Shown here in pieces: positions 52,639 through 64,000 of a stretch of DNA of 64,000 bases; the stretch's first letter is position 1; each line of letters opens with the position of its first letter. The notes under the pieces are model-generated. The model saw nothing but the letters and a program-made list of their open reading frames with translations. It was not told where the DNA came from and ran no database searches. Origin of the DNA: Marsupella aquatica (lineage: Eukaryota > Plantae > Marchantiophyta); NCBI GenBank assembly GCA_973895155.1, contig OZ316896.1, positions 12,504,549 through 12,568,548 on the forward strand, given 5' to 3'. A program made the translations under genes and the position numbers.

Positions 52639-53776
52639 TACATGAAACGGGCTACAGGCTAGCAAATTTTGAACACCTCCATGAACTACTTTGCAAACTA
52701 AGACTGCATGCACATTTGAGATCAACGCCATGAATGTGCAGCTTTGCGTTACTTTGATTTGAAATGTGAGAAAGGTAGCTCAGAGGCCAAGACTTTCAGT
52801 TAAAGTGCACACTATGGACTGTGGTTGTGTGTGCTGTCTGACTGTGGTGAGATTGTTTTACTGAGTTAGACATAATTGACTGGGTTGGGGCTGTCCTTCG
52901 GGTTCTCCATGCCTTTTCTTTTTACTCAGCCCACCAGTGCCTTGCCATTCACCCAAATAGCAAGCAGTGAAAGGCATATCAGGTGGATGCTCTTAATCAG
53001 GGCCTCTTACTATAAGGCCTAACTGTAACTTTTCAATCTTTACTGGAAAGCCTTAGTGTAAGTGGGTGTGACTAAACACAAAGTCATGTTCTACTATTTC
53101 ACTCTAGTGCTGTTGGATTTCAGGCATTGGGTTCTTTGGCTACTAGATCTACATTTAGAGAACTTTGCTAAATTTCAAATTTTCTGTGCGCTCATTGTTG
53201 GTTTTCAAGATTGCAAACTATGGTGGTGTGAAGCTGAGAGTTTGGAGTAAATTATCCACTAAGGGCTGGGGCTGAGTTTCACTTTGCCATGAATGTTACT
53301 TACAATAAACCAAAAAAAGGTCAATGGTCAGGCTGGGTATCTACCAAACCCCTTAGCCTTAGGAGAAACACTCAGGTAGGGTTGGGTTTGCATAATTGAG
53401 CTGCCACTTGAGGGGACATTTTTTGAGAGCAAAGGTAATCCAAACAAGCAACTCAAAAATATATGTATTAAATCTACTGTATATAAATGTTATAAAGGTG
53501 AAGTCTAGGTATTAACTGGGGAGACGCTATCTAAACTGTCATGATTGAAAGTAGGTGTAAATGAATGATGCAGATCATCTTGGGGAAAGTTACATGGAGG
53601 AGAAAAAAGTCAACTATCCCTGATTTTCTAGGTTTGGAGCCCATATGACTTGGAGCATTTTGTGGTCCCGGGTGTGGTCCATTCCCTGGTGTGTGGTTCA
53701 TTCTTTGATCATCAAGTTTTGTCTTGTGTCCAGATGATTGGTGTGTGGTCATTTACTAATGACTTTATATTCTGTT

Positions 53777-54109
53777 TTGTTTTTTTGCCTTGAAAGCAGA
53801 AAGTGGGCCCATCCAACAAAGGATCATTTAGAACATGCAATTTTAGAGCATGCAATTTTATGTAGGGTAGCCACAAGGGGACAATAACTTGAGATCCCAC
53901 ACGGACCAGGCCAGGAGGGGGAGGGGGTTGAACCAGGACCCCAAAGTAGACCAGCCAGGGCTGAGGAGAAACCAGGATTCCCACCACGACGCCCCCACCC
54001 ACACATATACACACATACCCTCCACACCCCTTGCGTGTAGAGGAAGGATTGAACCTGGGACCTTTGGGTTCTAGGCTAAACCCCTGGCCAACTAACCACA
54101 GCCACTTGG
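53777..54109 (-). mobile_element. tRNA-derived SINE, ~333 bp
   Basis: Minus-strand head accaagtggctgtggttagttgg (A-box-like) ...ggttcaatcc (B-box). A-rich tail. 13-bp TSD TTTATATTCTGTT at 53764-53776 and 54110-54122. Confidence 0.85.
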
Positions 54110-54410
54110 TTTATATTCTGTTGTTGATCATACATCATGAGTAAACATGGGGGTCAAGTGGAGAGAAGAGCTTATGCATGTTTAAAGTAGTGTGGTTGAT
54201 GAGTTTTAGGTATATTCTTGGTAGAATTGAAAGATGTCCTGTGAATGACCCTCATGCCAAAGGGATGGGTTACACTTATGCTTATCACCAATCATCTTAT
54301 CAATCAATCAATCACAATAATAAGGGGTCCCACCATAATTCCCCATGGTCGGTCTACACATTAGAAAAAAGAGGTGTAAGATGTATTGTAGTGTTGTGAA
54401 CACCCTTGGA

Positions 54411-55344
54411 TGACTAAAAAGGATACCTATAGAGACTGGCTATAGCATTATTAGATGGGTGAATTTTACAAACATGTTAGTATTATATGTATTTCTGAAA
54501 TACGCATGACCCCTGGGGATGCCCCCCCCCCCAACAAAGGCATGTAACAACTAACTCACTTTGGCCAATGTTGTTGGGAAGGGCGAGGGTGTAAAAGTGG
54601 GTGTAAAAGAGTGGGGATGCAAGATGGGGGATAACAGCTGTGGTGTTTATGGGTCAGGCATGGTTTCCCTGCAATATGTTGAGGGAGAACATACTACTTT
54701 CTCTCTCTGGACCCTTCTTTGCTGTTTTCCCTCCCTTGGAGCCTCAACCCCCCCCCCCGCCCCCCCTTTGCCTCTTCTCCCTCCAATATGACTAAAAAAG
54801 AGAAGCCAGGAAAAAAGGGAGGGGTGAAACAAAATTATTCCGTACTAGAGAAAACACAATTCCCCTCCTCCATGATAGCAAAAAGCCAAAAAATCTCTAA
54901 TACCAATATCCTTCCCATGTAGTGGCTATATCCTAAGAAAGTGCTCACCCAATACATGTATCTTGTACTGGAGTTTTCACCTATTATAAAAGCAAGAGGG
55001 AGAAGAGGCAAAGGAGGGGGGGGGGGGGGGGGGCGGGAAGGGAAACAGCAAAGAAAGGAGAGAAAAAGGAGTATGTTCTCCCTCAACATATTGCAGGGAA
55101 ACCATGCCTGACCCATAAACGCCACGGCTGTATTCCCCCATCTTGCATCCCCACTCTTTTACACCCACTTTTACCCCCTTGCCCTCCCCAACAACATTGG
55201 CCAAAGTGAATTGTTACGTGCCTTTGGGGGGGGGCATCCCGGGGGTCGTGTGTATTTAAGAAATACATATAATACGAACATGGTCATAAATTTCACCCAT
55301 CTAATAATGCTATTAATAGCCAATATAGGTATCCTTTTTAGTCA
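54411..55344. repeat. Large foldback inverted repeat (arms ~54411-54783 and ~54991-55344)
   Basis: tgactaaaaaggatacctata... pairs with ...tataggtatcctttttagtca. The ORF track shows near-identical peptides on opposite strands (MANVVG.G.GVKVGVKEWGCKMG). Confidence 0.93.
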
Positions 55345-55880
55345 GTTTCCCTGTTTGTGCCTTGCCAAAAATGTTATACTTTCCCATTAATCTCTGAATC
55401 TAGCGAAGTGTGATCTTTCCAAGAAAGGAACTCCTCCTGACAGAAATGTTGAAGAGAACTGCCGATGTGTTGATTCATCAAGCACTTGCTTTGCCAATTG
55501 CTGCAAAAGCTTTGGTGAAAAGTTCACTCCAACCTGCCTTTCAAAATTGATTGAACTCATCCACTATAGAATGGTACAACCACGTAACCCAATCCTCTGC
55601 CTTCCTGCCTTTATCTTCTCTTGCCTCCTGCAACATCTTTCAAATGATTCCATCTTGACAAACATTGATGGGTATGTTTGTCTCTTTGTTGATTTGCAAC
55701 CAAATTGTTTGATTCTTCCACCAAATTGTAGCCTTCTTGAGATTTGCATTCTCATTACCTTGAAATACGGTTGTAAACTCCTTGACAGCCCTTGAACACA
55801 GTCCAACTTCTCCATTTGCCTTTCTCCCGCCTCTCTATCTTGCCTCATCCACAAAACTACCTTCTTATGATCTTGCATGG
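55340..55880 (-). pseudogene. Decayed pogo/Tigger-like (CENP-B HTH) transposase N-terminal fragment
   Basis: Minus-strand fragments AVKEFTTVFQGNENANLKKATIWWKN, GRKAEDWVTWLY and KITLR*IQRLMGKYNIFGKAQTGKL, with stops. Family assignment is from recalled motif similarity. Confidence 0.55.
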
Positions 55881-57069
55881 TCATGACATACTGAAGAGCT
55901 CTTTTACAGTTAGTCTGCAGTGCTTCTATATGTGCATGCCACTGATTGATCTAGCGGAGGCGCTTCAGGTGATGAGTTTTCTGGAACATTTTTGACAAAC
56001 TTTGTAGGTAGTGATGAAACTCCAGTCCTCCCTATATCCCTCACTCTAAGTCAAGATTGAGCAAATGTGTATATTAGAGGCAATGCACAATGGAAATCCA
56101 TTGTGGAGAATGTTATGATTCAAAAACTTCAGAAAACACAAGAAATCTGGCAAGAATATTGTGAGATTGGTAAACGAGTTTTGCGAAGTGTTTAGGTTAT
56201 GGGCAGGGCCGGTCAAAGGTGGAGAGTTGAGGGAACTTTAGGGTAGAGGTTTAGCAAAAAGTCTGACAAAGTTGTGGCGGGGAGTTTACTAGTGACATTT
56301 TTTACTAATCTATAGGAGACTAGCTTACTTACTATTTTTGGGGGGGATTCGTATCCACACCCTTATAGTGCGTGTGAGACTATTGTCGCACAGAGACTAA
56401 ATAAGTTATGATACTAATTACACTAAACATATATCTGGCTTATTTGGCTATCTGGTCCTTGTGGGGGTTTTGTTTTGTTTTCTCTTCTTTATTGGGATCG
56501 TGTCTCCACCTTTGGCACTTTGTGTTCTTTACGGACCCCACTAGAGGTCCCTTCCAAAATTTGAGACTCCACAGCATGCCACATCATCATGACACGCTCC
56601 AAACAGGTATGGATTAGTTTACAAAATAAAATTACTTCACCGTTCGTGTTTGTGGCAGGATTTTGGTAAAATTGAGGACGCCATGCCGTAAACCTTGATG
56701 TAAAAATGTTTGAAAAATAACCATTTTATTTACCCTAGGTAACAGAGTGTTCAATTAGTAGGAGACCCACCTTCCATGTTTTTTACCCTGAGTAACCGCT
56801 GCCCACCCGCATTCTGAATTGTGTTTCAATTGAATAATAACTAACTCTCTCTTGGCAAGTTGATCTGATGACAAAGTAATCATGGCAATTTTGTCGATCT
56901 TCTGCTGCCACGAAGGAAGAAGTGGACATGATTCTATGTTGGATCACTCAGCACTCCTTTCCATGGCGTCATCATTGCAGTTCCTAACTTGGTGATGCCT
57001 CTTGGTACTGTTAGATTGTCCAACGCATGAGGCACGAGCGAACGAAAGAGAAGCAAGCTTAGCAAGGTT

Positions 57070-57223
57070 CAGTAAGGACCTCGTCTACATGCAGATGGTG
57101 TTGAAGAGCCTGGACATGAAAGAAGAACATAGTTATAAGAAGTGTCAGCAGATGATCAAGGGAGTCGATGCGGACGGTAATGGGAAGGTGGACTTTCAGG
57201 AGTTCAAGGGGTCCACGAACTAA
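57070..57223 (+). pseudogene. Calmodulin-like (CML) C-terminal EF-hand fragment
   Basis: MVLKSLDMKE...CQQMIKGVDADGNGKVDFQEFK is a canonical EF-hand loop in CML context. No intact N-terminal EF-hands found. Confidence 0.7.
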
Positions 57224-58940
57224 TTGGCAGCTTGAGAGATGGTATTTGAGAAAAGCATTTTAGATTGTGTTTTTCAAACCTGTGTTTCTGTCCAGGCTTT
57301 CTTTTCACAAAAATTGTCACAAGAACTTTGACTAACCAATCCTACAAACTTATTGCCCTTTCTGATTTTTCTCTTAGTTTGTAATTTTGGGTGCCTTATG
57401 TAGAAGAACTTACACTCTGGATTTGGGTCACTGCATTCATGAAACTTCTCCTTTACTTTCACAAGAATAGTAAAATAGAAAATATCTTAACCCTTTAAGT
57501 GTATAAAATCTCTGTCACAAGGGTATTATGTGCACCTCATCTCTCAAAACTCTACTTAATGCTCTTCATTAGTAGCTCTGTTTGTATTTTTCAGGGCATT
57601 GTTCTGGAGCATTGTGCCCCTGTCAAGATCTGGAGCATCTCTTTAGGAAGATTCTTGTCAGATAATTTAGAGTTGGAGAAAGGTAAAACTGCTCAGGCCT
57701 TGAATTGTACTGAGGTCCTCTTTTTGGAGACTTATGGGCAATGATAGCCCTTGTTTTTAGGGGAATTCAAACCCATATTGATCTCCAAACAGGACTGTCT
57801 TGTATACCTGATTTATGACATTGCTGTATGGCCAATCCACCTTCCAGTATTTTCCCATACTAATTTTTTTGTCATGTATTTTTATTTCAATTTGTCATCA
57901 CAAGGCACATCACTTGTATGAATTATATTTTAATCTATTTTGGCATCCCTCTAAATGTTTTTTATCTTGCTATATATACTAGAGCTCTCCCGAGAGCTCT
58001 CCTTTCCCACACTTACATTTAGTTTTCAATACAGTGCGTCCATCCCCTTTATTAAATTTGATAGAATTTCTACCAATCTTATATATAAACTGCAAAGGGA
58101 AGCCAAGCTGAGGTCTAGGCTTCTAGAATGAAACCTCTAGACAGTGACTCTAGAATCCCACCATAATATATGTGCATAGAAAGAAATATGTTAATATATG
58201 TATGATTGTTTAAATGATGGACCTGGACATGATATTTTTTAAAATCATTTCCTTAACCTTCAATGAATAAAAAAATATTTTGTTTACATTTTTATTGTTC
58301 TCTCTTATTCACGTTTAAAGAATTAAAAGAAAAGTATTCGGGGCTAAGTCTAGTGAATGAGAGATGATCGTACTTACCAACATTCTAAAACTTCCTCCCC
58401 GACGGTGCAGTGGACTAGGCAACGGCAACGGGAGCGTGCACCGTCCATTGGTTGTGAACTTTCACATTGTTTCACCTCAAAGCAGACCGTCGAGCATTTC
58501 GTTGCACTTTGCATCCCCTCAACATTCAGCTCCACCAGGCGGACCACTCGAAAGCTCGAAGACCTCCAGGCGCGAACGGAACTTGACCCCACAGGTACTT
58601 AAGATTACTTGACCGTTTTGTCCCCAACTTGTCGAGATTAAGTAGTGGAACTGCTGCAGTCGTAATTTTTCGTCCTCCTGAGCATTGCGTGATCTGAAAT
58701 TCTCATTTACTTCTAGCGGAAGTTACGGTCTCATAGCTGTTTGTGAGCCGGTGTGAAGGGAAAGGAGATTGAGCCAACAAGATCCGCATTGCTGTTGTTT
58801 TGCCATTATCTGAGGCCCTTCACTATCGCGGCTTTGTTGCTGTCCATGTGTGTAATTCATCTGCCCTGATCCCAGATTTTGGTCTTGGTCGAGCGCAGTA
58901 TAACGTTTCGAAATTTTGTTGGAAGCAAAGTTTCTCAGCC

Positions 58941-61907
58941 ATGGGGGACAGCCAGTACTCCTTCTCGCTCACGACGTTCAGGTAGGTTTTTCCTCCCCGT
59001 TGTTTTCCACCTTGCAAAATCATGTGTACTTGCTTTGAGCCAGGTTTTGGACCGATTAGGGTTCACTTTGGAATTTTCAGAGTAATAGCGGCCTGCTTCT
59101 TCCTTTTGGATTCATGAGGAGTTCTGCCGTGGTCCGATGACCTAATTTCGCAACAGGTTGCAAACTTCACAGTTTGTCGTTCACCTCCAAAATTGTATAG
59201 CTGACAGGAGATTCCGTGTATTTATACGAAAGTGTGCTGACGTTCACGCTTGCTTTGTGGGTTTTTTCCGGGGGGAGCAGTCCATCGGGAAAGCTTGTGC
59301 AAATTGAATACGCGCTTATGGCTGTGGGAGCTGGGCAGACTTCTCTCGGGATCAAAGGTACGAGCTGTTCCTTGGAGACCTTTCTCCAGTTACTAATTAT
59401 ATACTTTTGAACAGGGCTCTGACTTTTCTCTGATGTTTCAGCTACCAATGGAGTTGTGATTGCTACGGAGAAGAAGCTGCCTTCAATTCTTGTTGACGAC
59501 AATTCGGTACGTTTAGCATCAGTTCTGCAAGACCCGCGGTAGTAGATCAGTATTACATATAATGTACCTCGCAATGTTTTCGCAGAAGGCTTCTTGCCTC
59601 GTTGTGTCTAGGTTCCTGAGCTTATGATGTATCAGAAACGAAAATGCATCGCATTAGTGATTAGCCTTCTCGACTGATAGGGGAGTAGATGCCCTTGAGA
59701 AACCGGCGTAGTTGTCCAGTAAAGTTCGCCTGATGGATACAAATAAACGTCCTGAAGTTTTCAATGGGCAGTGGAAGAATTTTATGCACCTCATCCGTGG
59801 GATGTTCTTGTTACGTGTGTAGGTGCACAAGATTCAGAAACTGACTCCTAATATCGGAGTCGTGCACAGGTCTGATGGGTACCCCTTCTCAATGTTTTTC
59901 GATAGTGGATTTTGGATTTCGTTTGGAGATATTATTCATTGATGCAATGTACGAGGCATATAGCAGCATGGGGATTGCTTATTTCTCTTTTCATCTAGAC
60001 TTAGATTTCCACACGCTAAGGCAAAGCAATGAGGGAGTTCGATCCCTCATGTGATGTCGGAAGCTTTGAATTGTTCGACAGGAACGCTTTTTGTCTTGAG
60101 TAGCAGTGTTGTGGGTTTTCAACAAGTTTGTCTTGTGCTAGTTTTGAACTGGAAAGGTATCTGCTTGGTTAGTGAAAGCTGGCTCACTATGTCAGAACTG
60201 CTACGCAGTCCTAAGGAATTGGAGCCAAAGATTTGTTGCATGAAAATTTTGGGACCCGGCTTAATTTTTTTAAGTTTATTGTACATTTTCTCTGAAGAAA
60301 TTTGATGTTGGGTTGTTTACAGTGGGATGGGTCCCGACTCTAGAGTACTGATCAGAAAGAGCCGCAAGCAAGCTCAACAATATCACCGTCTATATCAGGT
60401 TTTAATCTTGATATAGCCTTTTTAACATTTACACAAGAGACGTTCATGTGGTGGTTGTATTTTGGGATGTGAGAAGAGGAGACTACCGGGGCTACAGTCT
60501 TGATATCTCAGGTTCTTTAAAATGAGCTCATTCAAGAAGGGGAACATTTTTGGAGCTTTACTCGGGTGTGTATCCACTTTATGAGCAACTGTTGAGGCAA
60601 GTTTGGTCACTGGGTTCACATTGCAGGAGGTGATACCCTTGTCTCAGCTCGTGAGAGAAACAGCTGCTGTGATGCAGGAGTTTACTCAGTCTGGGTGAGT
60701 AGTGAACATTGTCAGTATCTCATGAGCTGGTGATGAAGTAGGCCTAGTCAATTTAATCCTCAATATTCTGATTAGTGAACATCATTTCACGAAGATACAA
60801 CATTTGGAATCCCGATGTGCCTGTCGCTGTGTTGAGTGAACTCTGACGAATTAGGGTTTATTTCTTGTTCAGATGGCTACTTTAGTGCAGCTTGCCATGT
60901 TCATTTCCCGGTCCTGTCCTGTGTATTATTTACCCGTCGTGTGCCATGTATTACTCTAGCGAGGGTGTTTTGACATTGGTTCTAGAACTCAAGTTATATG
61001 TAAATGTGCTGCAGAGGAGTTCGACCTTTTGGAGTCTCACTACTAGTCGCTGGTTATGATGACAATGGTCCACAGTTGTATCAGGTATGTATGTTTAGAC
61101 TGGCAATGATCATGTTATCAGTGTTCTCATTGTTTCTCAGGATTTCGATGGATGCTTTGGCTATGACCTGGAGTTTTTGTTGTTGATCGATAAAATCAGA
61201 TATCTGTTGCCAAAGAGAAGGGTTTTGCTTGAATGTCTATGTGATGAAGAGCTTTGTTTGGTTTGCAATGCAGGTAGATCCATCGGGTTCTTACTTTTCG
61301 TGGAAAGCCTCAGCCATCGGCAAAAATGTCTCAAATGCAAAGACATTTTTGGAAAAGAGGTATGTTTTTTGATGTCCGTGTTTCTAACCTCCTGAATGGT
61401 TGCCATTCTCTTGCCGTGGTAGCCAATTTGATGAGTTCATGTCCTCGTATGTGGATCAGATACACAGATGACATGGAGCTAGAAGATGCAGTCCACACTG
61501 CCATCCTTACTTTGAAAGAGGGGTACAGGGCACTCTCTTCTTTTGACATCTCCACTTTAACTTCTTGTCCATTCTTTAGCCTATCCTATCCCAGATAGCA
61601 AAGACTTTTTGCGGAGTGATATGATCTTTGACTAGATGTTCTCTTGCGATGGCAGGTTCGAAGGTCAAATATCTGGGAAGAATATTGAAATTGGAATTGT
61701 AGGGGCAGACCGCATATTCAGGTACGTCATGTTGTCCGACAAATTATCTTCTCTCCCCACTTTGGGTATAGATTAGCTTACTGGGCCCATGCCGTTTACT
61801 TGGTATCCTGAAGATACTTATACAGCAGGACTCTAACCAAGCTTGCTGTTTATTGCAGAGTCCTTACACCGGCCGAGGTAGATGACTATCTGGCCGAGGT
61901 CGAATAA
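58941..61907 (+). CDS. PAB1: 20S proteasome subunit alpha type-2, 11 exons
   Basis: Exons 58941-58981 ([14 protein letters not shown]), 59281-59357, 59442-59506, 59823-59869, 60323-60398, 60627-60694, 61015-61084, 61273-61359, 61460-61522, 61656-61721 and 61859-61907 ([15 protein letters not shown]). All introns are GT-AG. Confidence 0.97.
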
Positions 61908-62899
61908 TTTAGTCTCCATTTCAGTCGAACTTCTCTGCTGGCTACTGCAGCTAGGCCTCCTTTCCGCGAAATGACTACAGCGCAGACTAGGTTCAATGCC
62001 GAAACGGAAGTTTTTTTCCTTATAACTGTTAGGAATGTGGTTTCAGAAGGTGTTCATACATCCGCCCATTTGAAGCAAGGCTTGACAAATTACCTTTCCG
62101 ACCAATGATTAAAATGCTTTGAGAAACTGCAGCGTAGACGAAAGGAGTTGTCTATCTGCATCCCGGATGAGCGAAATACTTCAGAATTTGGAACTGAATA
62201 AAATGAGATTTAAAAAAAACCCTTTTTGCCGTATGCCCCTGCAAACCCTCTGGAACTGATGAACTTCAAGCTAAAATTTTCAAGGCATTTTGAGAACATG
62301 CCAAATAACCCTATTCTGAACGTTGGCAGTGTCAATTAGGTCAAGTGCCAGTGTCCCTCATCAGACTTTGGTTGCACCATTTATAGGAGATATGTCTTGA
62401 AATCATGGAAAAGGCTGACACAGTAGAGAAGGGGAAAACATCAAACGATGCAATCCCCTGTTTTCACATCAACATCGTGGATCCCACCACAACACTTTCA
62501 TTAGGATAACATTTGTATGTTACCCCTTTGTGCGAGAACAACAATTTCCACAATCACAACACTTCAGTCCCACATTAATCTCAACTCCACAACACATTTA
62601 CCAAAACTGCACTTGTATGCAACACAGATATGAACTGGTGTACTGTTAAATAAATCAGGGATGTTTGGCAATTACCTTGGGGAAGTTTTATTCAGGTTGG
62701 ACTTTTGGGATTAATTCAGGGTTCTGTTGCCTCCATTGAACCAAAAATAGGTTTCAATTTAGCACTAGTTCAATTATATGCCAAATATTGGGTCATAGAT
62801 ACGTTACCAAGTCAAGTATTTCTGACTGGAGTTTCTGCAGAGACCCCTTCATGAAAACTCACACAGCTGTATTACTTGTGACATCAGCATTCTGCTCAA

Positions 62900-63500
62900 A
62901 ATTAAAAAGAAAAAGTAAAAATGAGGAATTTACTTGGCGGGTTCCCTCGTGACAATAACCTGCTTGGTGAGACAAACTTTTGCACTACATTCTTGGTGGG
63001 TGCAAGGTGCTTGTGCAGTGCAGGATGGAAGCATACTGGGTACTCTCCCCAAATAATGCTGCAAAAACAGATGTCAAAGGGCCCGAGAGGGAAACATTGC
63101 AAGATAAATGAATGTTTGGGCAAACCTCACATTTTTGCTGGGAGGGGCAGGAGAGGGCTTTGTTCCTTAGTTTGGGCCTCCCCCTCTTCTAACTCAGTTA
63201 CACTACTAATTATAAGCACTGCCCATTGAGCACAAAAACCTTGCAACCCACCAAGAATGTTGCTCGTCAGCTGGCTCAGGCTTGCACTATTCTTGGTAGG
63301 GGTGAGGCGGTGGGTGTTAGGGCCTGTAATCAACTTCCTTTGCTCGACCCTCCTATGTAGTTCACCACAGAGCTTCACCAGGCTTTCCAGTTTGCCAACA
63401 GGTAGAATTTGGGTCCTTTTGTTTCAGGCTTGGTTGTGGTTGGCTGTTAAGTGCATCCCTCTGGCTCTTTGGTTATCTTCCCTTTGATTAAGGTGTGTCA
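62900..63500 (-). mobile_element. Possible decayed LINE ORF1-like relic
   Basis: CpG-depleted DNA. Minus-strand GLPK..F..C...G....C resembles a degenerate Zn knuckle. Weak. Confidence 0.25.
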
Positions 63501-64000
63501 AAGTTCTCCCCTAACCAAAGTGGTACTATTTTAATTTTTTTGTGGTGTATCACTCTTATGGGGTACCTATTTTGGTAACCCATAGTGATTTTGTCATGAC
63601 CATAAGAGAATTTTTTGTCCTGAGCTCTTACAGAGTTACAACTTTGATTTGACACACCCTATTGGCTGTTTTGCCGTAGGGATCATGCATCCTATTTTGG
63701 TTATCCCCTTGATTGGCTCTTTTGCCCCAGGGATGATGTATCCTGGTTGGGGCCTTTTGTTTTTTTTTGGCTGTTTGAAATATAATATAACCACACCATA
63801 GAAAGGTGAACGTGGCAGATAGCAGTTCGCGTCTTGTTGGCAGGCAGGGTGTGTTGTTGTGTTGTCCTGGGCCTCTTGTACCCTGGATGTGGGAGATTTG
63901 CAAGCTGCTGGACTGTGCGCTACTGTAGAGAGTTTCGATTCTTTGAACGACCTCGATCTCCAGTGGGTAACCTGGATCTTGTTGCCAAGGCTCTGTCTCG

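Noticed and set aside
52984-52995. GGATGCTC-TTA as the 3' TIR of the Harbinger at 16293
   Set aside because: It is 36 kb away across several host genes and matches only briefly, so it is more likely the end of a separate element.

Overview
Eukaryotic nuclear DNA from a land plant. Gene families and transposon types suggest a bryophyte-like lineage, which is an inference. Host genes: a ~34-exon tripeptidyl peptidase II (TPP2, +), a class-3 lipase-like gene with an in-frame stop (+), an ARIADNE RBR E3 ligase (-), two paralogous single-exon Cys-tailed (CYSTM-like) small proteins (-) flanking a glutamine-dependent NAD+ synthetase with an intron-free CDS (+), a calmodulin-like fragment, and proteasome subunit alpha-2 (+, 11 exons). 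Intergenic DNA is a mosaic of nested mobile elements. These include a decayed PIF/Harbinger transposase split by a 1.5-kb insertion with a 5-bp TSD and atypical AGT...ATT ends, a two-copy MITE family with CTCG-starting TIRs and 8-bp TSDs, and tRNA-derived SINEs with 13-15 bp TSDs. There is also a CRE-like retrotransposon relic, a pogo-like transposase relic cut by a ~930-bp foldback, and several minisatellites. I found no clear new multi-gene system. The best leads are the atypical TE families, the uORFs at the ARI start, and the intron-free NAD synthetase between the CYSTM-like paralogs. All coordinates were read by eye, so some exon and repeat boundaries may be off by a few bases.
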